A stretch of 64,000 nucleotides of DNA from Vicinamibacterales bacterium (GCA_036258175.1 DATAEE010000027.1:2779-66778); one strand, 5' to 3'. Positions 18,432 to 28,627 are shown, numbered from the stretch's first letter. A program made the numbers and translations. Notes: a model not told the origin generated them from the sequence alone.

Positions 18432-18992
18432 TTAACGCGCCTCGGTGTCGGCGAACTTCGCCTCCAGCGCCTCGAGATCGGCGCGGAGAACCTTGAGTTC
18501 CGACGCGGGGACCCGTCCTTCCAGCCGCGCCAGCCTCTCGACCAGGGCGGCTTCTTTCTCGTCACCCGGGTACGCCTCCCCGCCATGGACGTCCCTGTCG
18601 GTCCCGTAGGCCATCTTGTGTAAAACGGGCTTCGTATAGGCCCAGACCCAGGCGAGCGGCCAGAGCAGCCCGCCGAACACCAGCGACAGGAGGCACAACG
18701 TCCGGATTGCTTCGAACTGCGGGTGGTGCCGCTTGTGGGCAATCTGCTCGGGCAGAATGTGGACCAGCCAGAACAGCACAATGAGCACAACCGGGACGAC
18801 GAAGAGGACGACCAGGGCGAGCACCGTGGCGAGCGTGTCCTCTACCGCCGGCGGGAGGAACGAGGCGTGCGCCTCACGGGGCACGGCCACGAGCAGGAGA
18901 GCGATTGACAGGCCGGTGATCACTCGGGTGATCGTGCGCATGATTGGCCCCGCAACTAGACGGCTGACTGGCTCGTGCACAGCACTCGCCAT
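18432..18992 (-). CDS. DUF3302 (YiaW-like) inner-membrane protein
   Basis: ILPEQIAHKRHHPQFEAIRTLCLLSLVFGGLLWPLAWVWAY is the DUF3302 core. The true start may be ATG 18941 (MRTITRV...). Confidence 0.75.
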   Translation of the reverse strand: MASAVHEPVSRLVAGPIMRTITRVITGLSIALLLVAVPREAHASFLPPAVEDTLATVLALVVLFVVPVVLIVLFWLVHILPEQIAHKRHHPQFEAIRTLCLLSLVFGGLLWPLAWVWAYTKPVLHKMAYGTDRDVHGGEAYPGDEKEAALVERLARLEGRVPASELKVLRADLEALEAKFADTEAR

Positions 18993-18996
18993 GCCA
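18981..18996 (-). promoter_or_regulatory. Candidate sigma-54 promoter for the DUF3302-HlyD-OMF operon
   Basis: Minus strand reads TGGCATGGCGAGTGCT with correct GG/GC spacing. Overlaps the first ATG (18992). -12 box GTGCT is identical to the atpB candidate. Confidence 0.4.
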
Positions 18997-19070
18997 TAAC
19001 CACCACCGCCCGGGGAGACCGGAAACCGTCGACTTCACCGACGTCGAGCCGTTCCCCGACGTAACCGGGC

Positions 19071-19106
19071 CTCCGACATTGCGGGCGTTCTCCGGTATAC
19101 CGGAGA
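19071..19106. promoter_or_regulatory. Dyad cluster S2: perfect 18-bp palindrome plus a weak phased partner
   Basis: TCTCCGGTATACCGGAGA (19089-19106). Weak partner CTCCGACATTGCGGGC (19071-19086) 19 bp away. Lies between the DUF3302 operon and EBP2. Confidence 0.55.
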
Positions 19107-19140
19107 GCTCCACCGTGGGGTAACCCTTGACGCCTTCGAT

Positions 19141-21057
19141 TTGCCTTCGGCTAGACTGGGCTCAGTGCGAATCGCGCAGGATGAAAGCCTGATTCGTCTC
19201 GCGGCGGAGGCCCTGCCTCACGGTGTCGTCGTCGTGGCGTCCGACGGCACTATCGCCCTCGTCAGTCGGGAGCTCGAACGGCAATTCGGCTATTCCCGCG
19301 AAGAGTTGATCGGACGGCCGCTCGAGATACTCCTGTCGGAGGCTTGGCGGACCGCTCACGGGGAGCCCCGCGAAGGCCTCGGGCGCCGCCGCGACGGCTC
19401 CGAGTTCCCCGTCGAGATCCGGCTGAGCCCATTACAGGTCGAGGGCGGCACGCTGCTACTGGCCTCGGTAGTCGACATTTCGTCGCGCAAACAGCGCGAC
19501 GCGGCCAACCGCGCGGCGCTCGAAGAGCAGTTCGAGTTCGAACGGCTGGTCGCCTATCTAACTGTCCAGTTCATCGATCTACCGGTTGATCGCGTCAATG
19601 ACACGATTCGCACGGCGCTCGGCCTGATCGCCGAGGCGCTCGATCTGGACCGGTGCACGTTCTACGAGATCGCCGCGGACGGCACGCTGACCGTTCCCGT
19701 GAGCTGGGAGCGAGAGGGGATCCCCGCTGTACCCTCCCCGATGCTGGCAAAGGAACGCTTGCCGTGGGCATTCGAGCAGGTGTTTTCGGGCATTCCCGTC
19801 ACGTTTTCTCATGTCGACGAGATCCCGAGTGGCGAAGACCGCGCGAGCTACGCCGTTCTGGGCGTCAAATCCACGGTGACGGTGCCACTCTCAGTCGAGG
19901 GTCAAGTCGTTGGCGGCGTGGCGTTCAACATGATGCGCAGCGAGCGCAGATGGTCCCCCGAAACGGTTCATCGCCTCTGCGTGATCGGCGCCGCGTTCGG
20001 CAACGTGCTGACACGCCGCCGCAGCGACGAGGCGTTGGCCTCGGCACTCGCGGAGGTGAAGCACCTGAGCGCCCGGCTGCAGGCGGAAAACGTCTACCTG
20101 CGGCGTGAAGTCAATGACCGGCTCGGCGCCAACATCGTCGTCGGACAAAGTGAAGCTATCGGTCGAGTACTGGATCAGGTCAAGCACGTGGCGGCGACCG
20201 ACTCCACGGTGTTATTGCTCGGCGAAACCGGCACCGGCAAGGAGGTCTTCGCGACGCAGATTCACGAGCTGAGCGCCCGGCACAACCACGTCATGGTCCG
20301 CGTCAACTGCTCTGCGATTCCTGCGACGCTTATCGAGAGCGAATTGTTCGGCCGGGAGAAAGGTGCCTTTACCGGCGCCCTCGCGCGGCAAATCGGGCGC
20401 TTCGAGCTGGCGAATCACTCGACCATCTTCCTCGACGAGATCGGCGAGTTGCCGCCGGAGGTTCAGGTCAAGCTGCTCCGCGTGATCGAGGAGCGGCACA
20501 TCGAGCGCCTCGGAAGCCCGAACGCCATCCATGTGGATGTGCGGATCATCGCCGCGACGCACCGGGATCTCGAGCGGGAGATCGCCGAAGCGGCGTTTCG
20601 TGAGGACCTCTTCTACCGGCTGAATGTGTTCCCGGTCCGGGTCCCTCCCCTGCGGGACCGCGTCGAGGACATTCCGCTGCTGGTCTGGCGCTTCGTCGAC
20701 GAGTTCTCGAAGGCGTTCGGAAAGAGAATCGACGTCATCTCGCGCGAAAACATGACGGCTTTGCAGCAATATGCGTGGCCGGGCAACATACGCGAGCTGC
20801 GCAATGCCGTCGAGCGCGCGATGATCGTCGCGACCGGTCCACGCCTGACCATCGCGCCGCCGACCCAGACCGCCGCCACGGCAAGGCGCAGTACGCGGCT
20901 CGCCGATGTCGAAAAAGAGCATATCCGCAGCGTGCTGGACGGCACGGGGTGGCGCATTCGGGGCCCGGGCGGAGCGGCGGATCGCCTTGGCCTCAGGCCG
21001 ACGACGCTCGAAACGCGTCTGGCCAAGCTGGGACTGAGACGTCCCAAGCAGTTATAG
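19141..21057 (+). CDS. Sigma-54-dependent transcriptional activator, PAS-GAF-AAA+-HTH (EBP2)
   Basis: Paralog of 5923 and 24558: [44 protein letters not shown]. Start uncertain (TTG 19141 or GTG 19165). Confidence 0.9.
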   Translation: MPSARLGSVRIAQDESLIRLAAEALPHGVVVVASDGTIALVSRELERQFGYSREELIGRPLEILLSEAWRTAHGEPREGLGRRRDGSEFPVEIRLSPLQVEGGTLLLASVVDISSRKQRDAANRAALEEQFEFERLVAYLTVQFIDLPVDRVNDTIRTALGLIAEALDLDRCTFYEIAADGTLTVPVSWEREGIPAVPSPMLAKERLPWAFEQVFSGIPVTFSHVDEIPSGEDRASYAVLGVKSTVTVPLSVEGQVVGGVAFNMMRSERRWSPETVHRLCVIGAAFGNVLTRRRSDEALASALAEVKHLSARLQAENVYLRREVNDRLGANIVVGQSEAIGRVLDQVKHVAATDSTVLLLGETGTGKEVFATQIHELSARHNHVMVRVNCSAIPATLIESELFGREKGAFTGALARQIGRFELANHSTIFLDEIGELPPEVQVKLLRVIEERHIERLGSPNAIHVDVRIIAATHRDLEREIAEAAFREDLFYRLNVFPVRVPPLRDRVEDIPLLVWRFVDEFSKAFGKRIDVISRENMTALQQYAWPGNIRELRNAVERAMIVATGPRLTIAPPTQTAATARRSTRLADVEKEHIRSVLDGTGWRIRGPGGAADRLGLRPTTLETRLAKLGLRRPKQL

Positions 21058-21945
21058 AAAGTGGGTGCGGCGCGGCCAGAAAGCTCGCGCCGGAGACTCC
21101 TGCCGCCGGAATAGTGCGACCGCCACCAGCATCAACGGGATTTCCGTCAGCGCGTAGGTCGTCGCAAAGCGGGCGAACTCAACCCGGCCGAGCAGCGTCA
21201 CCGCAATCGCGATCGCGACGCCTATGTTCCGGGTGCCAAATTCGGCTGCGAGCGTGAACCGATCACGTCTGTCTGGCGTGAGCGGTACAGCAGTCAGCCA
21301 GCCGGCGGCCATCGAGGCCAGCACGAATGCCGCCGCCAGTGGGACCGTCGTCGTCAGGCCAGCCGCGAATAAGCCAGGGTCGGCCGCGATCACGAGCAGG
21401 AACACGATGCCGATGCCGATGAAAGACGCTCGTCGGAGCGCGGGTCCATACCGCTCCGCACTGCCTGGCACCCGGCGTCGCATCCACATACCGAGTGCCA
21501 CCGGCAGACCAAGCAACAGCACGACCTGGGCAATCAGCACCGGAACCGGCGCCGACAACGGGAAGGGGCGGGCAAGTGCCAACGCAATGCCGGCGCCCAC
21601 TAGCGGAATCGTCAGGAAGCCCGCCATGCAGGACAGGCCGGTCAGCGTGACCGACAGCGCGGTCGATGCCCTCGCCAGGTAGCTCCACGTCGTCGAAATA
21701 CCGCCGATCGGACACGCCGCGATGAGCAGCACGCTCGCGGTGATTTCCGGGCCGGATCCGAATAACCACGTGAGGGCGACCGCGAGCGGCGGAAGGAGTA
21801 CGAGCGGCGCGACGAGACCGGTGAGAACGACGGCAGGCTGGCGGCGAACGCGAGCGAAGTCGTTGGGCGTCAGGTCCAACCCGACGGCGGCGAGCAGGAT
21901 GAACGCCGTCGCCGGGGCCGCGATGCTGACGAGCGCGAAGACCAT
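21052..21945 (-). CDS. Bile acid:sodium symporter (BASS/SBF-like) family transporter
   Basis: 297 aa polytopic: [33 protein letters not shown]. Confidence 0.75.
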   Translation of the reverse strand: MVFALVSIAAPATAFILLAAVGLDLTPNDFARVRRQPAVVLTGLVAPLVLLPPLAVALTWLFGSGPEITASVLLIAACPIGGISTTWSYLARASTALSVTLTGLSCMAGFLTIPLVGAGIALALARPFPLSAPVPVLIAQVVLLLGLPVALGMWMRRRVPGSAERYGPALRRASFIGIGIVFLLVIAADPGLFAAGLTTTVPLAAAFVLASMAAGWLTAVPLTPDRRDRFTLAAEFGTRNIGVAIAIAVTLLGRVEFARFATTYALTEIPLMLVAVALFRRQESPARAFWPRRTHFL

Positions 21946-24312
21946 TTACCGGCGTACGGTCAGCTGAACGCCGATCTGCCGGGTATCGCCCGGACGCCCG
22001 CCAATCGCGGGTGGCGGCGAGCTGAACGTGCCGGTGATGTAGTCCTCGTTCGTCAGGTTCCGGGCGTACGCGCCGATCGAGAGCCCGCGGCCGCGAGTCT
22101 CGAGCTCGGCGCTCAGTTCAAGAAGGCCGTACGGACGCTGGCGCTGGATGGCGTCGTTGAACGGCGTAAAAAAGACTGTGCTCTGCCAGCGGGAATCGCC
22201 GCGAAGCGACAAAAGGCCGGCGCGACGCACGTCGGTCGTCCATTCGAGCCAGATACGCCCGGACCATTCAGGCGCGTTCGTCAGCCGATGGCCGGCGACG
22301 TCGGTGGTGACGCCACCTGCACCAACCGCCAAGTATTGGTCGTAGGTGGCATCGAGCCACGCGACGTGCCCTCCGCCGTGGAGCGACGGACCAAGCTGCA
22401 TTTCCGCTTCCAGTTCGAGACCACTGATCGTCGCGGCGGCCGCATTGGAAATATCGATGACCCCGGGTCGAAAGGTACTCATGACTTGGAGATCCGTATA
22501 GTCGGTGTGAAAAACGGCGACGCTCGTCCTCGCCCGTCCGTTGGCGAGGCTCGCTTTCACTCCGCCTTCATAGCTCCAGGCCCACTCGGGCGCGTACCCG
22601 CGCCCGGCCTCCGGTGACGCGAGGTTGAAGCCGCCGCTCTTGAACCCGCGCGTGGCGGATACATAGGCGAACGTGGACCGTCCCACTTGCACGTCGAGTC
22701 CAACTTTCGGCGTCCACGCGGTATGCGAGATGTCATCTGTGTACGTATACGTCGCGCCCGCCACGGGGAACGGCGGATGGTCGAAGGTGTACAGTCCGCC
22801 CGCGTTGTCGATCGTCTTCCGCTCGCGCGTGTAGCGGAGGCCGCCGGTCAGCGACACGCGCGATGTGAGATCCAGCGTGGCCTGGCTGAAACCTGCCAAT
22901 GAGTTGGCGGCGACCTCCGGCAGGAGGCGGTTCTCCAGCCGCTGCGCGCCGAGCGCGACGAACGTCGGCTGGCGATCGAACTCGTCCAGCACGAACACTC
23001 CAGCGATCCACGACAGCCGTCCCCGCTGCTGCGAGATCGTGAGCTCCTCTGACAGCTGATGCTGCATCTCGCGAGGGTGAGAGATCGCCAGATTCAGCTC
23101 GGTAATGTCTGCGTCCACGATGAAGTCGTAATCCAGCTTCCGGAATGCAGTCAGGCTGGTCAGGACCGTGTCGGGCGCCAGATGCATCGTGAACCGGGCC
23201 GCGCCGCCGTACTGAAGGTTCCGGCCCTCTGCAAGCGTCGACGTGCGCACTTCGTGAAGATCGGCGGGGTTGTCGATCTGGAACCCCGGCTTCACCGCGA
23301 GCACCTTGGCATAGACGAGCGGCGCCGGGTCGCGGTGGGTCAGATCGGCCGACAGAAGCAGGTTGGTCTGCCGGTTGAAGACGACGTGCAGCTTGGCGCG
23401 GGCGGCGGTGACGTCCTCGGCGCCAAGAGGATGGTCCGGATGATTCAAGTCGCGGACGAAGCCTTCGCGTACTCCACGTAAGAACGACACGCTGCCCAGA
23501 AGCCTGTCCCGAACGATCGGACCGCTCACCCGCGCCTCGGCCCGGACCAGGTCGGAGCTCCCGACATCCAGTCGGGCGGAAGCCTCCATCTCGTTCGTTG
23601 GCGGCTTCGTGACGACGTTCAGTGCGCCACCCACGGCGTTACGTCCATAGAGCGTGCCCTGCGGGCCTCGAAGCACTTCGACCCGATCGAGGTCCATGAA
23701 GTCGGCGAGCACCATCGCCGGGCGCGCGAGGTAGACGCCATCGACATACACGGCCGAACTCGGATCGGATCCCGCAAACACCGCATTCGTTCCGATCCCG
23801 CGAATCGTGAGCTGCGCGAAACCGGTGTTCTGCGAAAACGTGACCGACGGCGCCCGACCAGCAAGCTGCTCGACGGTTTGAAGCTGCACGCGTCGCAGGT
23901 CGGATGCTGGCAGCACGCTCACCGCCATCGGCGTCGTCAGTGCGTCGCGCTCTCCGGTCTTGCCCGCCGTCACGATCGCCTGCTCGAGAAACTGGATCGA
24001 TAGCGTTATCGGAAGACTGACCGTCGCATCGGCGCCGAGTCGAAACGTCCGGCGCGCCGGCAGAAACCCCGTCAGGGACGCGGTGAGCTCGTACTCACCG
24101 TCTGGGAGACCCGCGAAGCGATAGTCGCCGGTGGGGCCGGTCTCGGTGATGGCGCCGACCGGTCCGCGGAGACTCACGGTCACACCCACGAGCACGGCAC
24201 CCGTGGAGTCCGTAACCCGACCGCTGACTTGTGCCGCAGGTTGACCGGCCGCGGCCGATAGATTGGCAAAAAGGAGACACGCGAGCCAACCGCCGGCCGG
24301 CTGGAGAGGCAT
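21946..24312 (-). CDS. TonB-dependent receptor with N-terminal carboxypeptidase-regulatory-like domain
   Basis: Start set at MPLQPAGGWLACLLFANLSAAAG (signal). SGRVTDSTGAVLVGVTVSL...GDYRFAGLPDGEYEL, plug (VEVLRGPQGTLYGRNAVGGALNV) and barrel ending in aromatic-rich strands. Confidence 0.85.
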   Translation of the reverse strand: MPLQPAGGWLACLLFANLSAAAGQPAAQVSGRVTDSTGAVLVGVTVSLRGPVGAITETGPTGDYRFAGLPDGEYELTASLTGFLPARRTFRLGADATVSLPITLSIQFLEQAIVTAGKTGERDALTTPMAVSVLPASDLRRVQLQTVEQLAGRAPSVTFSQNTGFAQLTIRGIGTNAVFAGSDPSSAVYVDGVYLARPAMVLADFMDLDRVEVLRGPQGTLYGRNAVGGALNVVTKPPTNEMEASARLDVGSSDLVRAEARVSGPIVRDRLLGSVSFLRGVREGFVRDLNHPDHPLGAEDVTAARAKLHVVFNRQTNLLLSADLTHRDPAPLVYAKVLAVKPGFQIDNPADLHEVRTSTLAEGRNLQYGGAARFTMHLAPDTVLTSLTAFRKLDYDFIVDADITELNLAISHPREMQHQLSEELTISQQRGRLSWIAGVFVLDEFDRQPTFVALGAQRLENRLLPEVAANSLAGFSQATLDLTSRVSLTGGLRYTRERKTIDNAGGLYTFDHPPFPVAGATYTYTDDISHTAWTPKVGLDVQVGRSTFAYVSATRGFKSGGFNLASPEAGRGYAPEWAWSYEGGVKASLANGRARTSVAVFHTDYTDLQVMSTFRPGVIDISNAAAATISGLELEAEMQLGPSLHGGGHVAWLDATYDQYLAVGAGGVTTDVAGHRLTNAPEWSGRIWLEWTTDVRRAGLLSLRGDSRWQSTVFFTPFNDAIQRQRPYGLLELSAELETRGRGLSIGAYARNLTNEDYITGTFSSPPPAIGGRPGDTRQIGVQLTVRR

Positions 24313-24470
24313 GGTGGGGCGGCTGAGTGTACCGGCCAGTGTGCGAGCCCAGTATTGGACCTTAGGCCTATACCGCTCGCCATCCGATGGGAGTACAAAT
24401 GTCTGTCGAACGCAACACGTAAGCTCATGGTGCGGTTGGGCTAAGGCTCCATCCGCCAATTCTCGCAGGC

Positions 24471-24523
24471 ATCCGGTAATTCACATGACGGTCCGGAATG
24501 CCGGAGCTGAAAAATTTCCGGAG
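24471..24523. promoter_or_regulatory. Dyad cluster S3 between the TonB receptor and EBP3
   Basis: Full site GTCCGGAATGCCGGAG (24491-24506), flanked by half sites TCCGGTAAT (24472) and TTCCGGAG (24516-24523) at about 17-20 bp phasing. Confidence 0.5.
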
Positions 24524-24557
24524 TTTTCGTTGAGGGGCTTGCAGGCTGCGATATAGA

Positions 24558-26537
24558 GTGAAGCCAAACCAGACAATCACTATGGCCGAACGAGCGAGGC
24601 CCCTCTCCGAGACCGGGCCCAGGTGGCCCGTCACGGACGATCAGGGTCTGTTTCGTCTCGCAGCGGAGTCGCTGCCGAGCGGCATCGTTGTCGTCGCGCC
24701 GGACGGAACCATCGTGCTCGTCAGTCACCAGCTCGAATTGCAGTTCGGATATTTCCGCGAAGAACTGATCGGGCAATCTGTCGACATTCTCGTGCCCGAA
24801 GAATCTCGCGCAGGGACCGGTGAGCCGCAGTCAGCACGCGGCCGCAACCTGCACGGGCGGCGCAAAGATGGGAGCGTCTTCCCGGCTGAGATCGGGCGGA
24901 CCCGGCTCGAAACCGACGAGGGCGTTTTCGTTCTCTGGTCTGTCGTCGACCTCAGTGCCCGGCTCGACGTCGAAAATGCTTCCAGGCAGGGGATCGAACG
25001 GGAGCTCGAGTTCGAGCGGCTCATCGCGGAGCTGTCCTACAAGTTCATCAACCTGCCGCCCGATGAAGTCGTCGAGGCCATTCGCGACGCGCTGCGACGC
25101 ATCGGCGAGGCACTCGAGATCGAACGGTGCTCGTTCTTTCGGGTTCAGCCGGACGGCGAGCTGCTCGCACCGATCAGCTGGGCGCGGGCCGGCATCGCGC
25201 AGCCACCCGTCGTGACGGCGGCCAGGGAGCACTTTCCCTGGGCCGTCGACAATATCCAGAGCGGCCGCATGTTCTGCTTTTCCACGACCGCGGAAGTGCC
25301 GAGCGACGTGGACCGCGCGGGGTACGAGGGATACGGCATTCGCTCATCCGTGACGGTCCCGATCCGCGTGGCCGGCCGCGTCGTGGGCGCGCTCGGGTTC
25401 AACATGGTTGAGCGGGAACGCGTATGGTCGCCGGAGACCCTTCATCGCCTCACGGTGTTGGCCACCATCTTCGGAAACGTCCTCGCGCGCCTGGAAGGGG
25501 ACACAGAGTTGCGTCAAGCGATCTCCGACGTCGAATGTCTTCGCGAGCGCCTGGATGCGGAAAACAGGTACCTCCGCCGCGAGGTTCAGGAGCGGCTTGG
25601 GACCGGGGCCATCATCGGTCAGAGCGCGGCGGTCCGCCGTGTGCTCGAACAGATCCGCCAGGTGGCGAGCACCGACTCGACCGTGCTGCTGCTCGGCGAG
25701 ACCGGCACGGGAAAGGAGCTTTTTGCGACGCAGATCCACGAGCTCAGCGGACGGCGCGATCGGGCGATGGTGCGCGTGAATTGCGCGGCGATTCCCGCGA
25801 CGCTCATGGAAAGTGAATTGTTCGGTCGCGAGAAGGGGGCGTACACCGGCGCGCTCGCCCGGCAGATCGGCCGCTTCGAGCTCGCCAACCATTCGACGAT
25901 CTTCCTCGACGAGATCGGCGACCTTCCGCCGGACGTCCAGGTCAAACTGCTGCGCGTGCTGGAGGAGCGGCAGATCGAGCGCCTTGGCAGCCCCAGGAGC
26001 ATCAACGTGGACGTGCGGATCATCGCGGCCACGCATCGGGATCTCGACAAGCGAATCCTCGATGAAGCGTTCCGGGAGGACCTCTACTATCGGCTCAACG
26101 TCTTCCCGATCCGCGTGCCGCCGCTTCGTGAGCGCGTTGAGGACATCCCGCTGCTCGTCTGGCGATTCGTCGAGGAGTTCTCCAAGTCGTTTGGCAAGCG
26201 GATCGACGCGATCCCGAACGAGAACATGGCGGCGCTGCAGCGGTACGCGTGGCCAGGGAATATCCGCGAGCTTCGCAACGTCGTCGAACGCGCGATGATC
26301 GTCGCGATCGGCACCCGGCTGACGATTCCACTTACAGCGTCGGAGACGCGTCCGGCAACAAAACCGCGCACCACCACGCTGGCGGATCTCGAGAAGGCGC
26401 ACATCCGCCTCGTGCTGGAAAACACCGGCTGGCGCATCCGGGGTGCGGGCGGCGCCGCCGAGCAGCTGGGTCTCAAGCCGACGACGCTCGAAACGCGAAT
26501 GGCGAAGCTGGGCCTGGCGCGCCTCCGGCCAAACTAA
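24558..26537 (+). CDS. Sigma-54-dependent transcriptional activator, PAS-GAF-AAA+-HTH (EBP3), GAYTGA variant
   Basis: GETGTGKE; loop reads GAYTGA (25836-25853); GWRIRGAGGAAEQLGLKPTTLETRMAKLGL. Possible start at ATG 24582. Confidence 0.9.
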   Translation: MKPNQTITMAERARPLSETGPRWPVTDDQGLFRLAAESLPSGIVVVAPDGTIVLVSHQLELQFGYFREELIGQSVDILVPEESRAGTGEPQSARGRNLHGRRKDGSVFPAEIGRTRLETDEGVFVLWSVVDLSARLDVENASRQGIERELEFERLIAELSYKFINLPPDEVVEAIRDALRRIGEALEIERCSFFRVQPDGELLAPISWARAGIAQPPVVTAAREHFPWAVDNIQSGRMFCFSTTAEVPSDVDRAGYEGYGIRSSVTVPIRVAGRVVGALGFNMVERERVWSPETLHRLTVLATIFGNVLARLEGDTELRQAISDVECLRERLDAENRYLRREVQERLGTGAIIGQSAAVRRVLEQIRQVASTDSTVLLLGETGTGKELFATQIHELSGRRDRAMVRVNCAAIPATLMESELFGREKGAYTGALARQIGRFELANHSTIFLDEIGDLPPDVQVKLLRVLEERQIERLGSPRSINVDVRIIAATHRDLDKRILDEAFREDLYYRLNVFPIRVPPLRERVEDIPLLVWRFVEEFSKSFGKRIDAIPNENMAALQRYAWPGNIRELRNVVERAMIVAIGTRLTIPLTASETRPATKPRTTTLADLEKAHIRLVLENTGWRIRGAGGAAEQLGLKPTTLETRMAKLGLARLRPN

Positions 26538-26554
26538 ACGAACGCTGCTTGGGA

Positions 26555-26584
26555 GGTAGGGGCGGTTCGCGAACCGCCCCTACC
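26555..26584. terminator. Perfect 30-nt palindrome between convergent genes
   Basis: GGTAGGGGCGGTTCG/CGAACCGCCCCTACC, between the stops at 26537 and 26591. Confidence 0.6.
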
Positions 26585-26590
26585 CGACTC

Positions 26591-27394
26591 CTACGGCCGC
26601 ACCTTGATCGCTGACGTGAGCTGAAACTGCAGCCGCGTTTCGGCCGGGATCTTCAAGTGCTCTTCGCCGCTGGCGGCAACGGCTGCCCCGCCGGCGGCGC
26701 CGACGGCCGCGCCGATGGCGGCACCCGAGCCACCTCCCGCGATGCCACCCACGATGGCGCCGAGACCGGCGCCTCCACCGACCTTGCGCGCGGTCTTTTT
26801 ACCTTCCCCTTTGCCCTTGGTCTCGACGTAGGCGGTGGCGACCTGATAGACCGTTCCGCCAAACGCGACGGAGTTCATCTTCAGCGAAATCTTGTCGCTG
26901 CCCTTCATCGTCCCCGACTGCTCGACGGCGGCGGCCTGCAGGACGGCAGACGCGCCGCGCGGGATCACGGTCGCGCCGCCGATGATCACCGGATCGTCAA
27001 CGATCGCCTTGAACGACTGGCCGGCCTGGGACGCGTCCACATCGATGCCCTGGGTCAGCCGGACGTTCAGCGTCGTGCCGGCCGGCACGGTCACCGGGGG
27101 CTTCTGCGGTGGCGCGGCCGGCTTCGGCGCAGGCGCCGGCTTCTCCGCGGCCGCGGGCTTCGCCGCCGGTTGTGCCGGCTTCCGCGCCGAGAACTCGAGG
27201 GCGACGGCGTCCTCGAGCCGAACCTCGGACACTTGTCCGTCGTCGAGGAGGACGCGGACGGCCTTGCTGTCGCCGCCGATGAACATTCCTTCGATGACCT
27301 TGCCGGATCGCAGCCGGACGCGGTCGGCCGACAGCGACGCGCCGGTCGCCAGCACGAGCATCGCGGCAATCCACCACGCACTTCGCCTATTCAT
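26591..27394 (-). CDS. Secreted protein with Pro/Ala linker and C-terminal glycine-zipper
   Basis: Start at MNRRSAWWIAAMLVLATGASLSA. Contains AKPAAAEKPAPAPKPAAPPQKPP and GGGAGLGAIVGGIAGGGSGAAIGAAVGAAGGAAV. Confidence 0.65.
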   Translation of the reverse strand: MNRRSAWWIAAMLVLATGASLSADRVRLRSGKVIEGMFIGGDSKAVRVLLDDGQVSEVRLEDAVALEFSARKPAQPAAKPAAAEKPAPAPKPAAPPQKPPVTVPAGTTLNVRLTQGIDVDASQAGQSFKAIVDDPVIIGGATVIPRGASAVLQAAAVEQSGTMKGSDKISLKMNSVAFGGTVYQVATAYVETKGKGEGKKTARKVGGGAGLGAIVGGIAGGGSGAAIGAAVGAAGGAAVAASGEEHLKIPAETRLQFQLTSAIKVRP

Positions 27395-27914
27395 CGTTGT
27401 CTCTCTCTTTCGTGACCGGGGCGACGGGGAGCGAGGCCGCAATCTTCAGATCGATGATGAGCTGGAGCTGGTGTTCCACCTGCAGAAAGCGCAGCGCCGT
27501 TCGCGGCGAAAGCGCCGTTTTGACGCGCTCGAAACACTTCGCCCTGACCGCCTGCCGCTTGGCCTCGAGATCGAGCGCCTTGCTCGCGAGCTTGTCGGCC
27601 ATCTCATCAGTCAGCTTGTCGTAGTTGCGCGCGTACTCCTCTATCAGCGCGACCCGCTCGTCACCGAGTTTCGACATTTCGAGATCGTACTCGCGATAGA
27701 TTGGCCAGAAGGCCTTGTCTTCCTCGTCGGTGAAGCCCATGACCTCCGTGAGGATCGCGACCTTCTGCGCCTGCACGTCGCTGCGAAGCAGTTCGGCGTA
27801 CGCGCTGAGATTGAGCGATTCGCTGTCCTGCGGCTTCGGCTGTGCAGTCTGCGCATCCGTGGCCAGGCCACTCATCGCGAGCAGGCAGAGCGCGACGATC
27901 GATACTCGAGTCAC
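27387..27914 (-). CDS. Secreted all-helical hypothetical protein
   Basis: GTG start after an AAGGAGG RBS. Signal MTRVSIVALCLLAMSGLATDAQ. 8-nt overlap with the downstream gene. Confidence 0.65.
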   Translation of the reverse strand: MTRVSIVALCLLAMSGLATDAQTAQPKPQDSESLNLSAYAELLRSDVQAQKVAILTEVMGFTDEEDKAFWPIYREYDLEMSKLGDERVALIEEYARNYDKLTDEMADKLASKALDLEAKRQAVRAKCFERVKTALSPRTALRFLQVEHQLQLIIDLKIAASLPVAPVTKERDNDE

Positions 27915-27950
27915 GTTGGTGACCTCCTTGAAGCGAGCCTTACGATCGAC

Positions 27951-28499
27951 CTACGTCTGCTGCTTCGGCGGGTAGTTCTTGAAGATCTTCTTCATCGCAT
28001 CATTGATGCTCTTGTCGCGCTTCTCGGGACTGGCCTGCGTCTTGACCTCCTTCGTGGCCATCCCGCGCCACGCCAGCTTCGACTGCTTCGCGTCGGCGAT
28101 GTCGATGACAAGCGTCCCGATCAGGATGTCCCGCACCTGCGTCGTTGACGTACCCATGCCACCGCCCCACCCCCAGCCATACGGGCCGTAGCCGCCGCCG
28201 TAGCCGCTGCTGTATGTCGAGATGTCCTTCTGCTTGTCGAACGCGATGTGATAGACGACGAACACGTCGGGGTCCGATTCGGCCTTCGTGAGTCCCTTCG
28301 CGGCGAGCTGCGCGTCGATGGCCGCCACGATGCGGTCGTCGACCAGCGGCTGCCCGACCTTTGTGCCTTCCTTGTGCGCGTACGTCTTGAAGCCGGCGAA
28401 GTTCGCGGACTTGTCGTAGTCGTAGCTGACCTTCTGCGCGAAGACGAGCGTCGGTGAGAGGAGAGCGGCAATAGCCAGGGTCACGAGTTTCCTCTGCAT
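27951..28499 (-). CDS. DUF4136 domain lipoprotein-like protein
   Basis: Start at MQRKLVTLAIAALLSPTLVFAQ. Contains VDDRIVAAIDAQLAAKGL..PDVFVVYH...TLVIDIADAKQSKLAWRG...INDAMKKIFKNYP. Paralog at 62281. Confidence 0.7.
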   Translation of the reverse strand: MQRKLVTLAIAALLSPTLVFAQKVSYDYDKSANFAGFKTYAHKEGTKVGQPLVDDRIVAAIDAQLAAKGLTKAESDPDVFVVYHIAFDKQKDISTYSSGYGGGYGPYGWGWGGGMGTSTTQVRDILIGTLVIDIADAKQSKLAWRGMATKEVKTQASPEKRDKSINDAMKKIFKNYPPKQQT

Positions 28500-28548
28500 G
28501 CGTCTTTCCTTTCGTTCGAATGTTGCTTCGACAGGCGCCGGTGGGGGC

Positions 28549-28564
28549 TGCAATTGTCAAGCCG
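28549..28564 (-). promoter_or_regulatory. Candidate sigma-54 promoter for the DUF4136 operon (or a sigma-70 -35 box)
   Basis: Minus strand reads CGGCTTGACAATTGCA: perfect TTGCA -12, GGC at -24, correct spacing. About 50 nt upstream of ATG 28499. Also contains TTGACA. Confidence 0.35.
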
Positions 28565-28627
28565 CGCGGGGCCACCCGTTACGATGGTTCGGAATAGCGG
28601 TTCGCGCAATGGGACCTAGGGTGTAGG

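Noticed and set aside
24535-24550. GGGCTTGCAGGCTGCG upstream of EBP3 as a -24/-12 element.
   Set aside because: Only the GG/GC dinucleotides and CTGC fit. It lies just 13-30 nt from the dyad sites, and no Shine-Dalgarno sequence follows. I also found no -24/-12 match on the minus strand for the TonB receptor.
28555-28560. TTGACA hexamer on the minus strand within the 28549-28564 element.
   Set aside because: This is not rejected as such. It is an alternative sigma-70 reading, but no TATAAT-like box follows at 16-18 nt (CGCCTG). I kept the sigma-54 reading at low confidence.
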